DNA from: an uncultured Chitinophaga sp.
GTDB lineage: Bacteria; Bacteroidota; Bacteroidia; Chitinophagales; Chitinophagaceae
Reading direction: 5' to 3'
NCBI GenBank assembly: GCA_966250725.1
Contig: CBINIO010000001.1
Coordinates: 1 to 38,315, forward strand
DNA: 38,315 bases
In this document: positions 1-8,917 of the stretch, piece by piece
Position numbering within the stretch: the stretch's first letter is position 1
How the letters are laid out: the number at the start of each line of letters is the position of its first letter
Position numbers and translations under genes: made by a program
The notes under the pieces: generated by a model
The model's database searches: none
Told to the model about the DNA's origin: nothing
The model's input: the letters and a program-made list of their open reading frames with translations, nothing else

Positions 1-3
1 CAC

Positions 4-11
4 TAGCTTTG
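4..11 (+). promoter_or_regulatory. Candidate Bacteroidota housekeeping-sigma -7 promoter element (TAnnTTTG)
   Basis: TAGCTTTG at 4-11 matches the TAnnTTTG consensus. It lies about 130 nt upstream of the ATG at 138. The -33 element would fall outside the window, so this cannot be confirmed. Confidence 0.35.
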
Positions 12-137
12 CCAATCTTGTTACCGGGTGTAGACCGTCAATGGGAATAACGACATCGTAGCAAACCATGCTGCAGGCTTTCTCCCAGGGAAAGCGTTGC
101 TTTTAGTTCTCAATCTTTGTATTAGTTTTTGATTCAG

Positions 138-547
138 ATGTTAAGGTCGTTGGTTAGGATTTTGCTGTCGCTTTTTTTCTTTTACTGGGGAGATATGCTT
201 TTACCTTCCACCACCGCGCGTATTGTTCCCAGCCAAAAGCGTACGAAAAGCCCGAAACGGCCATCTGTACTACTTCCTATAGCGGCGATGCCGGCATCAA
301 CTGTGTTCCTTTACCCCATACGAACAAAAGCCGCATCAAGGCAAAAGCCATTGAAATAGACGAAAAGGAAGACGAAGCGGTGCTTTTCAGCAAACACCTG
401 GAAACCCGCAATTTCTGCATCACCTTTTTTAAAGACGCCCCCCTTGGCGCTATTTCGCTTTTTGTAAAAGACCCCTTGCCTTTTTGTGAACACTTCTCTT
501 TTTATTCTTCCTGCAAATTTATTCTCAATCTCGTCATAAGGATTTGA
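138..547 (+). pseudogene. Small hypothetical protein upstream of the RND operon, frameshifted in a T7 homopolymer (172-178); a pseudogene, a phase-variable gene or an assembly error
   Basis: ATG138 gives MLRSLVRILLSLFF. A second frame is open from 158 to TGA 545-547 with no start codon near its 5' end (LLGRYAFTFHH...IEIDEKEDEAV...PLPFCEHFSFYSSCKFILNLVIRI*). Adding one T to the T7 run joins the two into a 136-aa protein with a hydrophobic N-terminus, an acidic patch and a hydrophobic ...VIRI C-terminus. Confidence 0.6.
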
Positions 548-697
548 TTGTAACCCCGGCTCCGGCAAATTGACTGGCCGGCTCCCCGCTATTTGTCTTT
601 CCGCGCTTCCTGTATAACCGCCTGTTATACGGGCCGGGCTTGCCATGCGCGTTAAGGCGGGTTATCAAAAAAGTGATTTAAGAACACCTGATACACG

Positions 698-1780
698 ATG
701 AAAAAAATTCTCATGCTCATGGGCTTGTGCGCCTTTTTGTGCCATACAAGCTGCAAACCGAAAGAAGAAAACAAGGAAAGCCATGCCAAGCTCCTTGTTA
801 CCAGTCCGCTGAAAATGGACACTACCATTACCAAAGAGTACGTATGCCAGATCCGTTCCATCCGCAACATCGAATTGCGCGCGCAGGAAAAGGGGTACCT
901 GGAAGGAATTTACGTAGACGAAGGCCAGACCGTAAAAGCAGGCCAGCTTTTATTCAAGATCATGCCCAGGCTGTACGAGGCGGAAGCGCTCCGGGCCGAG
1001 GCGGAAGCCGAAGCGGCGGAGATCGAGGTGAAGAACACGCAGGCGCTCGCCGACAGGAACGTGGTATCGCAAAACGAGCTGGCGCTCGCAAAAGCGAAGC
1101 TCAAAAAAGCAAAGGCCGAGCTGGCGCTGGCCCAGGCGCACCTTGCGTTTACGGAGATCAGGGCGCCGTTTGACGGCATCATCGACGTGCTGCACCTGAA
1201 GATCGGCAGTCTTGTGGAAGAAGGCGACCTGCTCACCAGCCTGTCTGACAACAGCCGCATGTGGGTGTACTTCAACGTTTCCGAACCGGAATACTTAAGC
1301 TATGCCTCCGGCGTAAAACCAAAAGAAAAGCTGAAAGTGGACCTGCTGATGGCGAACAACGAGCTGTTCGCGCATCAGGGCGTGGTGGAAACCATCGAAG
1401 GCGAGTTTAACAACGAAACCGGCAATATCGCTTTCAGGGCCACTTTTCCCAACCAGGAACGGCTGCTGCGCCATGGCGAGACGGGCAACGTGCTCATCAG
1501 GCAGCCCCTCAAAGACGCGATCATCATCCCGCAGAAAGCCACCCTCGAGATACTCGACAAAAAATACGTGTTCGTGGTGAACAAGGACAACGTAGTGCAG
1601 CTGCGCCACATTACGGTTGGCGCTGAAATGCCCGACCTGTACGTCGTGAAGGAAGGCCTCGCCGAAAATGAGAAGATCCTGCTGGAAGGACTGCGTAAAG
1701 TGAAGAACAACGACAGGATATCATTCGACTACGAAGAGCCGGGCAAGCTGATGGCCCGGCTGACGCTGCCGACGGAATAA
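698..1780 (+). CDS. RND efflux periplasmic adaptor (membrane fusion protein, AcrA/HlyD family), lipoprotein
   Basis: 360 aa. Lipobox-like LCHTSC, lipoyl-like halves (VDEGQTVKAGQLLFKI ... IRAPFDGII), Ala-rich alpha-hairpin, ETGNIAFRATFPN motif. Directly upstream of an AcrB-type gene. Confidence 0.95.
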   Translation: MKKILMLMGLCAFLCHTSCKPKEENKESHAKLLVTSPLKMDTTITKEYVCQIRSIRNIELRAQEKGYLEGIYVDEGQTVKAGQLLFKIMPRLYEAEALRAEAEAEAAEIEVKNTQALADRNVVSQNELALAKAKLKKAKAELALAQAHLAFTEIRAPFDGIIDVLHLKIGSLVEEGDLLTSLSDNSRMWVYFNVSEPEYLSYASGVKPKEKLKVDLLMANNELFAHQGVVETIEGEFNNETGNIAFRATFPNQERLLRHGETGNVLIRQPLKDAIIIPQKATLEILDKKYVFVVNKDNVVQLRHITVGAEMPDLYVVKEGLAENEKILLEGLRKVKNNDRISFDYEEPGKLMARLTLPTE

Positions 1781-1803
1781 TGTAAGAACAAAAAAATAAC
1801 AGG

Positions 1804-4800
1804 ATGTTTAATATATTCATGAAAAGGCCGGTGTTCGCGATAGTGATCTCTCTCTTCATTATCTTCCTGGGCGTACTGGCGATCAACACCCTCCCTACCT
1901 CGCAATTCCCGTCCATTGCGCCTCCCAGGGTGCTGGTAAGCGTGGCTTACCCTGGCGCCAGCGCGGACGTGCTCGTGCAGTCGGTGCTGATACCGATGGA
2001 AAAGGCCGTGAACGGCGTGCCGGGTATGAAGTACATGACCTCCGACGCCACGAGCGCCGGCGAAGCCACTATACAGGTCGTTTTTGAGCTGGGCACCGAT
2101 CCCAGCCAGGCCGTGGTAAACGTAAAAAACCGCATTGAACAGGTGACGAGCAGGCTGCCGCCGCTGGTGCAGCGCGAAGGGATCGTCGTAAATATCCTGC
2201 AGCCGAACATGCTGATGTATGTGAACGTGTACAGCAAAGATCCCCATGCCAACGAGAATTTCCTCTACAACTACGCCAACATCAACATACTGCAGGAGCT
2301 GCGAAGGGTAAAAGGGATCGGCAACGCCAAGATCCTCGGCAGCCGGCAATACGCCATGCGCATCTGGCTGAAACCCGACCGCATGCGCGCTTACAACGTA
2401 TCTACTGACGAAGTGATGGAAGCGCTGGGCAGCCAGAGCATCATCGGCTCCCCCGGCAGGCTCGGCCGCGCCGACGGCAAACGCTCCGAAGCATTGGAAT
2501 ACGTGCTCACCTACCCGGGCCGTTACAATAAACCGGAGCAATACAAAAACGTGATCATCCGCGCCAGTCCCGACGGTGAGGTGCTTTACCTGAAAGACAT
2601 CGCGGACGTGGAGTTCGGCAGCGAATTTTACGATATCTATTCCAATCTCAACAACCATCCTTCCGCGGCCATCGTGCTGAAACAGACCTACGGCAGCAAC
2701 GCCAGCGACGTGATCAAACGTATCAAGGCCAAGCTGGAAGAGATCAAAAAAAGTTCCTTCCCGCCGGGAATGGATTACGAGATCAGCTACGACGTGTCCA
2801 ACTTCCTGAACGCGTCCATCGAAAAGGTGGTGCATACGCTCGCGGAAGCATTCGTGCTGGTGGCGATCGTGGTGTTCCTCTTCCTCGGCGACTGGCGCTC
2901 CACGCTCATTCCCACGCTGGCCGTACCGGTGTCGCTGGTGGGCGCGTTTTTCTTCATGCAGCTGTTCGGGCTCACGATCAACCTCATCACGCTGTTCGCG
3001 CTGGTACTGGCGATCGGCATCGTGGTGGACAATGCGATCGTGGTGATAGAGGCCGTGCACGCAAAAATGGAAGAAGAACATTTGTCGCCGTACCAGGCCA
3101 CCATCAAAGTCGTGCATGAGATCAGCGGGGCCATCGTAGCCATCACGTTCGTGATGACGGCCGTGTTTATTCCCGTGGCATTTATGTCCGGCCCGGTGGG
3201 CATATTCTACCGGCAGTTCTCCATCACCATGGCTACGGCCATCGTGCTGTCCGGCGTGGTGGCGCTTACGCTTACGCCGGTGCTTTGCGCCATGATACTG
3301 AAGAACAATCACGGGCAGCCAAGGAAAAAGTCGCTGATGAACCGCTTCCTCGACGGCTTTAACCGCAGCTTCGAAAAAATGACCGGCAGGTATACGCGCT
3401 TCCTCGGCCTGATCGTGAACAGGAGAGTGGTCACTTTCGGCATACTGCTCGCGTTCGGCGCGGGCGTGCTCGGCATCGCGAAGGTGCTGCCTTCCGGCTT
3501 TATCCCGAATGAGGACCAGGGCATGATCTATGCCATCATTCAAACGCCGCCGGGCTCCACGCTGGAAAGAACGAACGACCTCGCGCGCAAGCTGCAGGAG
3601 ATCGCCGAACACGTGGAAGGCATACAGTCCGTTTCCGCGCTGGCGGGTTATGAAGTGCTGACGGAAGGGCGCGGCTCCAATGCCGGCACCTGCCTGATCA
3701 ACCTCAAGGACTGGTCGGAACGCGAACATTCCGTGACCGAGATCATGGAAGAGCTGGAAGAAAAATCAAAAGAGATACCCGGCGCCACCATCGAGTTCTT
3801 CGGCCCCCCGGCCGTGCCCGGTTACGGCGCCGCGGGCGGCTTTGCGCTGCGCCTGCTTGACAAGACCAACAGCGACGATTACCGCGATCTTGAAAAAGTG
3901 AACGACCAGTTCATGGCCGCGCTCGCCAAAAGAAAAGAGCTGACAGGGCTTTTCACTTTCTTCAGCGCCAACTACCCGCAATACGAATTGCAGATAGACA
4001 ACAAGGCCGCGATGCAGAAAGGCGTTTCCATCGGTAAAGCGATGGACAACCTGTCCATCCTCATCGGCAGCACCTACGAGCTGGGCTTTATCCGCTTCGG
4101 CACTTCCCTCAAAGTGTACGTGCAGGCTTCCCCCGAATACCGGCGCCTGCCGGACGACCTGATGAAGCTGTACGTGAAGAACGACCGCGATGAAATGGTG
4201 CCCTACTCCGCGTTCATGTCCATCAAAAAATCGCACGGGCTCAACGAGATCACGCGCTACAACATGTACACCTCGTCCGCCATCAGGGGCGAGCCCGCGC
4301 CGGGCTACAGCAGCGGCGAGGCTACGAAAGTGATACAGGAAGTGGCCGCCGAGGTATTGCCGCGCGGTTACGATATCGGCTGGGAAGGGCTTTCCAAGGA
4401 CGAGGTGGAACGCGGCAACGAAGCGTTGTACATCTTCCTGATCGTGCTGGGTTTCGTATACCTCATCCTCGCCGCGCAGTACGAAAGTTTCCTGCTGCCG
4501 CTGGCCGTTGTGCTGTCGCTGCCCGCCGGGGTGTTCGGCGCATTTTTGCTGGTGAAGGTGATGGGCCTTGCGAACGACATTTACGCGCAGGTGGGGCTGG
4601 TGATGCTCGTGGGCCTGCTGGGTAAGAACGCCGTGCTGATCGTGGAATTTGCGGTGCAGAAGCACCGCGCTGGCGCCACCGTGCTGGAAGCCGCCATCGA
4701 AAGCGCGAAGGTACGTTTCCGCCCGATCCTGATGACCTCGCTCGCGTTTATCGCGGGCCTCGTGCCGCTGGTGTTCGCCACCGGGCCGGGCGCTATCGGC

Positions 4801-4971
4801 AACCGCACCATCGGCGCGGCTTCCGCAGGCGGCATGCTGATCGGCACGCTCTGCGGCGTGATCGTGATACCCGGCCTCTACTACGTATTCGCCCGCATGG
4901 CGGACAAACGGAAGCTGATCAAGAACGAAGATGAGAATCCATTAACCGAAGAATTAGAACACAATGTTTAA
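1804..4971 (+). CDS. RND efflux permease subunit (AcrB/AcrD/AcrF, HAE1-like)
   Basis: 1055 aa. Motifs RPVFAIVIS, YAMRIWLKPD, AIGIVVDNAIVVIE, GLLGKNAVLIVEF and RFRPILMTS. 12-TM pattern with two large periplasmic loops. Confidence 0.97.
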   Translation: MFNIFMKRPVFAIVISLFIIFLGVLAINTLPTSQFPSIAPPRVLVSVAYPGASADVLVQSVLIPMEKAVNGVPGMKYMTSDATSAGEATIQVVFELGTDPSQAVVNVKNRIEQVTSRLPPLVQREGIVVNILQPNMLMYVNVYSKDPHANENFLYNYANINILQELRRVKGIGNAKILGSRQYAMRIWLKPDRMRAYNVSTDEVMEALGSQSIIGSPGRLGRADGKRSEALEYVLTYPGRYNKPEQYKNVIIRASPDGEVLYLKDIADVEFGSEFYDIYSNLNNHPSAAIVLKQTYGSNASDVIKRIKAKLEEIKKSSFPPGMDYEISYDVSNFLNASIEKVVHTLAEAFVLVAIVVFLFLGDWRSTLIPTLAVPVSLVGAFFFMQLFGLTINLITLFALVLAIGIVVDNAIVVIEAVHAKMEEEHLSPYQATIKVVHEISGAIVAITFVMTAVFIPVAFMSGPVGIFYRQFSITMATAIVLSGVVALTLTPVLCAMILKNNHGQPRKKSLMNRFLDGFNRSFEKMTGRYTRFLGLIVNRRVVTFGILLAFGAGVLGIAKVLPSGFIPNEDQGMIYAIIQTPPGSTLERTNDLARKLQEIAEHVEGIQSVSALAGYEVLTEGRGSNAGTCLINLKDWSEREHSVTEIMEELEEKSKEIPGATIEFFGPPAVPGYGAAGGFALRLLDKTNSDDYRDLEKVNDQFMAALAKRKELTGLFTFFSANYPQYELQIDNKAAMQKGVSIGKAMDNLSILIGSTYELGFIRFGTSLKVYVQASPEYRRLPDDLMKLYVKNDRDEMVPYSAFMSIKKSHGLNEITRYNMYTSSAIRGEPAPGYSSGEATKVIQEVAAEVLPRGYDIGWEGLSKDEVERGNEALYIFLIVLGFVYLILAAQYESFLLPLAVVLSLPAGVFGAFLLVKVMGLANDIYAQVGLVMLVGLLGKNAVLIVEFAVQKHRAGATVLEAAIESAKVRFRPILMTSLAFIAGLVPLVFATGPGAIGNRTIGAASAGGMLIGTLCGVIVIPGLYYVFARMADKRKLIKNEDENPLTEELEHNV

Positions 4972-6397
4972 ACGCAATCTATACAGATACCTCGGCATCG
5001 GCTGTTTTTGCCTCGCGTACGCGGCCTGTAAAGTGCCGGAGCTGACGGGCAGGGAGGAAAACAAAGCCGTGCCCGCGGGTTACAGCGGTTCGCAGGACAC
5101 GACGAACATCGCGAAGATCAGGTGGAAGGAATATTTTACCGACCCTTACCTGGCCGCTTTGATCGATACCGCTTTAAAAAATAACCAGGAGCTGAATATC
5201 ACTTTACAGGAGATCGAGATCACCCGCAACGAAATAAGGGCGCGGAAAGGGGAGTACCTGCCGTTCGTCGACGTACGGGGCGGCGCCGGCGTGGAAAAAG
5301 TGGGCCGGTATACCAGCCGCGGCGCTTCCGAAGCCACCACGGACATCAAGCCGGACAAGGAAATGCCGGAACCCCTGCCTGATTTTCTTGTGGGCGCTTA
5401 CGCCACCTGGGAAGTGGACATCTGGCACAAGCTGCGCAACGCGAAAAAAGCGGCCGTCGCCCGGTACCTTTCCACCGTGGAAGGCAAAAATTTCGTGGTC
5501 ACCACGCTCGTGGCCGAGATCGCCAATTCGTATTACGAACTGCTGGCGCTGGACAGCCAGCTGGACATCGTGAAGAAAAACATCGCGATACAGAACAACG
5601 CGCTCGAGATCGTAAAGCTGCAAAAGGAAGCCACGCGCGTCACCGAGCTGGCCGTGCGCAAGTTCGAAGCGGAAATGCTGAACACGAAAAGCCTCCAGTA
5701 CGAGATCCTGCAGAAGATCACGGAAACCGAGAACAGGATCAACTTCCTGCTGGGAAGGTATCCCGCGCCGATAGCCCGCAACGACAAGGCTTTCAGCACG
5801 CCGGTGCCCGGTTTCGCGCAGGCGGGCATTCCTTCGCAGCTGCTGGAAAACCGCCCGGACATTAAAAAAGCGGAACAGGAGCTGGCCGCGGCAAAGCTGG
5901 ACGTAAAAGTGGCGAAAGCCCGCTTCTATCCCTCGCTGGGCATTTCCGCGTCCGTCGGTTATAATGCGTTTAACCCGGCTTACCTCGTGCGAACGCCCGA
6001 ATCGCTGCTGTACTCGCTTACCGGCGACCTGGTGGCGCCGCTGGTGAACCGCAACGCGATCAAAGCGGAATATTACAACGCCAACAGCCGGCAGATGCAA
6101 GCGGTATACAATTACGAGCGCAGCATCCTCAACGCATATTTTGAAGTGGCCAACCAGCTGGCGAAAATGGGCAACCTGAAAAAAAGCTACGACCTGAAAT
6201 CAAAACAGGTGGAGGCGCTCACGGAATCCATCACGATCTCGAACGACCTTTTTAAATCGGCGCGCGCCGATTATATGGAAGTGCTGATGACGCAGCGCGA
6301 TGCGCTGGAGTCGAAGTTCGAGCTGATCGAAACGCAGCTGCGGCAGATGAACGCGCGGGTGAACATCTACCAGGCGCTGGGCGGCGGCTGGAATTAA
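4964..6397 (+). CDS. Outer-membrane efflux lipoprotein (TolC/NodT family)
   Basis: 477 aa. Lipobox AYAAC, ALIDTALKNNQEL, WEVDIWHKLRN, GIPSQLLENRPDI, C-terminal YQALGGGW. Overlaps the permease stop by 8 nt. Confidence 0.95.
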   Translation: MFKRNLYRYLGIGCFCLAYAACKVPELTGREENKAVPAGYSGSQDTTNIAKIRWKEYFTDPYLAALIDTALKNNQELNITLQEIEITRNEIRARKGEYLPFVDVRGGAGVEKVGRYTSRGASEATTDIKPDKEMPEPLPDFLVGAYATWEVDIWHKLRNAKKAAVARYLSTVEGKNFVVTTLVAEIANSYYELLALDSQLDIVKKNIAIQNNALEIVKLQKEATRVTELAVRKFEAEMLNTKSLQYEILQKITETENRINFLLGRYPAPIARNDKAFSTPVPGFAQAGIPSQLLENRPDIKKAEQELAAAKLDVKVAKARFYPSLGISASVGYNAFNPAYLVRTPESLLYSLTGDLVAPLVNRNAIKAEYYNANSRQMQAVYNYERSILNAYFEVANQLAKMGNLKKSYDLKSKQVEALTESITISNDLFKSARADYMEVLMTQRDALESKFELIETQLRQMNARVNIYQALGGGWN

Positions 6398-6427
6398 CAT
6401 AACATAGCTGTACGTCGCAGAATAGAA

Positions 6428-6484
6428 GGGAAACAAGTCATCGACGGCTTCCGGTGGAGGCTGTTGGTGACTTTCCCGTTTTTT
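6428..6484 (+). terminator. Rho-independent terminator of the efflux operon
   Basis: 18-bp stem AAGTCATCGACGGCTTCC / GGAGGCTGTTGGTGACTT in which all four non-Watson-Crick pairs are G-U, extended by GGG..CCC and followed by GTTTTTT, 30 nt after the stop codon. Confidence 0.8.
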
Positions 6485-6495
6485 GGGAGGGGATA

Positions 6496-6519
6496 GCGGT
6501 TTCTTCCCGCAGAAGTGTC
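6496..6519 (+). promoter_or_regulatory. Candidate ECF-sigma promoter, copy 1 (GCGGT-N14-GTGTC), upstream of GH92
   Basis: Same bipartite motif and identical 14-nt spacing as the copies at 9536-9559 and 21823-21846. Ends 27 nt before ATG6546. Confidence 0.6.
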
Positions 6520-6545
6520 TATTTTTAAATAAACGATCAAAGAAC

Positions 6546-8834
6546 ATGCAATTACCACGTACGATGAGCCCCGGGAAATGGATCGCAGGCCTGCTGTGCT
6601 GCGTTTCCCTCACGGCGGCCGCTCAGCGGAAAGACCTTGTTTCCTACGCCAACACTTTGCAGGGCACCAATTCGGAGTTCGCATTGAGCCATGGTAATAC
6701 GCATCCTTCCACCGCATTGCCTTTCGGCATGCATGCATGGTCCGCCCAAACGGGCAGGAACGGCGACGGCTGGAAGTACCAGTACAAAGCCACCAGCATC
6801 CGCGGTTTCCAGCAGGTGCACCAATGCAGCCCCTGGACGGGCGATTACGCGGTGTTCAGCCTGATGCCGGTAGCCGGCGAATTGAAAGTGAACGAGAACG
6901 AACGCGCGGCGGAATTCAGCCACGCGGACGAAATAGCAAGGCCGGATTATTATAAAGTGACGTTCAAAAATAAGGTCACGACAGAATTGTCGCCCACCGA
7001 AAGAGGCGCGCACCTGCGTTTTTCCTTCCCGGCCAGAACGCCCGCCTATGTGGTGCTGGACGGGTACGACGCGCTGAGCGGCGTGAAAATATTTCCCGCC
7101 GAAAGAAAAATAACCGGCTTTGTGACGAATGGCCGTTACATACCCAAAAATTTCAGGAATTATTTTGTGATGGTGTTCGACCAGCCCTTTGAAGCGTACG
7201 GCACCTGGGAGAACGTGCAGAACCGCGTATCGCCGGACAGCCTGTCTGCCGAAGGCAAAGGCGCAGGCGCGTTCGTCCGTTTCCGCAAAGGCGCGAAAGT
7301 GCAGGTGAAGGTCGCTTCTTCCTACATCAGCGCAGAACAGGCGGAACTCACGCTGCAGCAGGAATTGGGCGGGTATGCAAAACTGGAGGATACACGCGCC
7401 GCCGCGAACAAAATATGGAATACGCTTTTTAACCGCGTATTGGTGGAAGGCGGCTCCGAGGAAGACAAAGCCACGTTCTACTCCTGTCTTTTCAGGGCCA
7501 ATCTTTTTTCCCACCGCTTTTACGAGCGCAACAGCAAAGGCGAGCCCTATTATTTCAGTCCTTACGACGGCAAGGTGCACGAGGGTTATATGTTTACGGA
7601 CAACGGCTTTTGGGACACCTTCCGCGCGCAGTTCCCGCTCAACACCATTCTTCACCCCACGATGGAAGGCCATTACATGCAGGCGCTGCTGGACGCGCAA
7701 AAACAATGCGGCTGGTTCCCTTCCTGGTCGTTCCCCAGCGAAACGGGCGGCATGCTGGGCAACCATGCTATTTCCCTGCTTACGGACGCTTGGGTGAAAG
7801 GCATCCGCACCTTCGACCCGAAACAGGCGCTGGACGCTTATTTTCACGAAGCTATGAACAAAGGCCCCTGGGGCGGCGCCAACGGCCGCGCCGGTTGGAA
7901 AGAATATTACCAGCTCGGGTATGTCAGTTTCCCCGAATCGCACGGCAGCACTTCGCAAACGATGGAATACGCCTACGATGATTTTTGCGGCTACCAGCTC
8001 GCGAAAATGACCGGGCATACATTTTATGAAAACCTGTTCAGCCGCACCATGTTCAACTACAAAAACCAGTACGACAGCGTGACCGGTTTTATGCGCGGCA
8101 GGAAGATCAACGGCGAATGGCTGGAAAATTTCGATCCTTACGAATGGGGCGGCCCTTACACCGAAGGCAACGCCTGGCACTGGCAATGGTCCGTGTTCCA
8201 CGACACGCAGGGGCTGATAGATATCATGGGCGGCGACGAACGTTTTATCGAAAAGCTGGATTCCGTGTTCACCGCGCCCAGCAAAGTGAACGTGGGGTAT
8301 TATAAAACGATGATCCATGAAATGACGGAAATGGTGAAAGCTGACATGGGACAGTACGCGCACGGCAACCAGCCCATCCAGCACATGATATACCTGTACA
8401 ATTACGCCGGCCAGCCCTGGAAGGCGCAGGCGCATGTGCGCAACGTGATGAAGAAGCTGTACAACGCCACCGAGAACGGCTACCCCGGCGACGAAGACCA
8501 GGGCCAAACGTCCTCCTGGTACGTGATGAGCGCGCTGGGATTCTACGCCGTTTGCCCCGGCACCGACCAGTACGTGATCGGCAGCCCGCTGTTCCCGAAA
8601 GCGACCGTTACGATGGAAAACGGGAAAAAATTCGTGGTGGAAGCGCACAACAACAGCCCGGAAAACGTATACATCCAGTCCGCCACGCTCAACGGCAAAC
8701 CCTGGCCGCACAACTGGCTGCGCCACGCGGATATCGCGAACGGCGGCGTATTGCGGCTGGAAATGGGCAGCCGCCCCGCTACCGGCAGGGGCGCCGCGGA
8801 AGAGGACAAACCTTTTTCCGTCAGCCGGCCCTGA
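6546..8834 (+). CDS. Glycoside hydrolase family 92 alpha-mannosidase (likely alpha-1,2-mannosidase clade)
   Basis: Signal peptide ...VSLTAAAQ. Motifs SHGNTHP, HQCSPW, TDNGFWDTFR, YTEGNAW, IHEMTEM, YAHGNQP and GDEDQGQTSSWY. Start placed at ATG6546 (ATG6564 is an alternative), not the ORF-track TTG6483. Confidence 0.93.
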   Translation: MQLPRTMSPGKWIAGLLCCVSLTAAAQRKDLVSYANTLQGTNSEFALSHGNTHPSTALPFGMHAWSAQTGRNGDGWKYQYKATSIRGFQQVHQCSPWTGDYAVFSLMPVAGELKVNENERAAEFSHADEIARPDYYKVTFKNKVTTELSPTERGAHLRFSFPARTPAYVVLDGYDALSGVKIFPAERKITGFVTNGRYIPKNFRNYFVMVFDQPFEAYGTWENVQNRVSPDSLSAEGKGAGAFVRFRKGAKVQVKVASSYISAEQAELTLQQELGGYAKLEDTRAAANKIWNTLFNRVLVEGGSEEDKATFYSCLFRANLFSHRFYERNSKGEPYYFSPYDGKVHEGYMFTDNGFWDTFRAQFPLNTILHPTMEGHYMQALLDAQKQCGWFPSWSFPSETGGMLGNHAISLLTDAWVKGIRTFDPKQALDAYFHEAMNKGPWGGANGRAGWKEYYQLGYVSFPESHGSTSQTMEYAYDDFCGYQLAKMTGHTFYENLFSRTMFNYKNQYDSVTGFMRGRKINGEWLENFDPYEWGGPYTEGNAWHWQWSVFHDTQGLIDIMGGDERFIEKLDSVFTAPSKVNVGYYKTMIHEMTEMVKADMGQYAHGNQPIQHMIYLYNYAGQPWKAQAHVRNVMKKLYNATENGYPGDEDQGQTSSWYVMSALGFYAVCPGTDQYVIGSPLFPKATVTMENGKKFVVEAHNNSPENVYIQSATLNGKPWPHNWLRHADIANGGVLRLEMGSRPATGRGAAEEDKPFSVSRP

Positions 8835-8866
8835 TTTCCGCGGCATCGATTATTTCGGACGGACAG

Positions 8867-8897
8867 TTAGAAAATCATACCGAAACGTTTAAATTAG
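8867..8897 (+). promoter_or_regulatory. Possible housekeeping-type promoter of the ECF sigma gene (TTAG-N19-TAAATTAG)
   Basis: One mismatch in each box relative to the Bacteroidota TTTG-N19-21-TAnnTTTG consensus, with correct spacing, 20 nt upstream of ATG8918. Confidence 0.3.
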
Positions 8898-8917
8898 CTG
8901 TCAGTTCGAATTATTGC

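Noticed and set aside
129-359. 76-aa ORF in the ORF track
   Set aside because: Only its first ~14 codons from ATG138 look genuine. The rest is better explained as out-of-frame read-through of the frameshifted 138-547 gene.
311-646. 111-aa minus-strand ORF
   Set aside because: Antisense to the more protein-like plus-strand frame, with no recognisable motifs.
698-6397. Heavy-metal (CzcCBA/CusCBA) efflux assignment, or a functional link between the pump and the PUL
   Set aside because: The permease motifs are HAE1-like with no evident Met/His metal clusters, and a strong terminator separates the pump from the PUL. The substrate cannot be inferred.
6552-8846. 764-aa antisense ORF spanning GH92, and similar long antisense ORFs at 1729-3729, 10600-12396, 26056-28152 and 29984-31444
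   Set aside because: Shadow ORFs expected from strong GC3 codon bias on the sense strand. The translations are rich in R, V, H and A and have no domain motifs.
8552-8917. 122-aa N-terminal extension of the sigma factor in the ORF track
   Set aside because: Overlaps GH92 in another frame and is low-complexity and R/Q-rich. Sigma homology starts at ATG8918.
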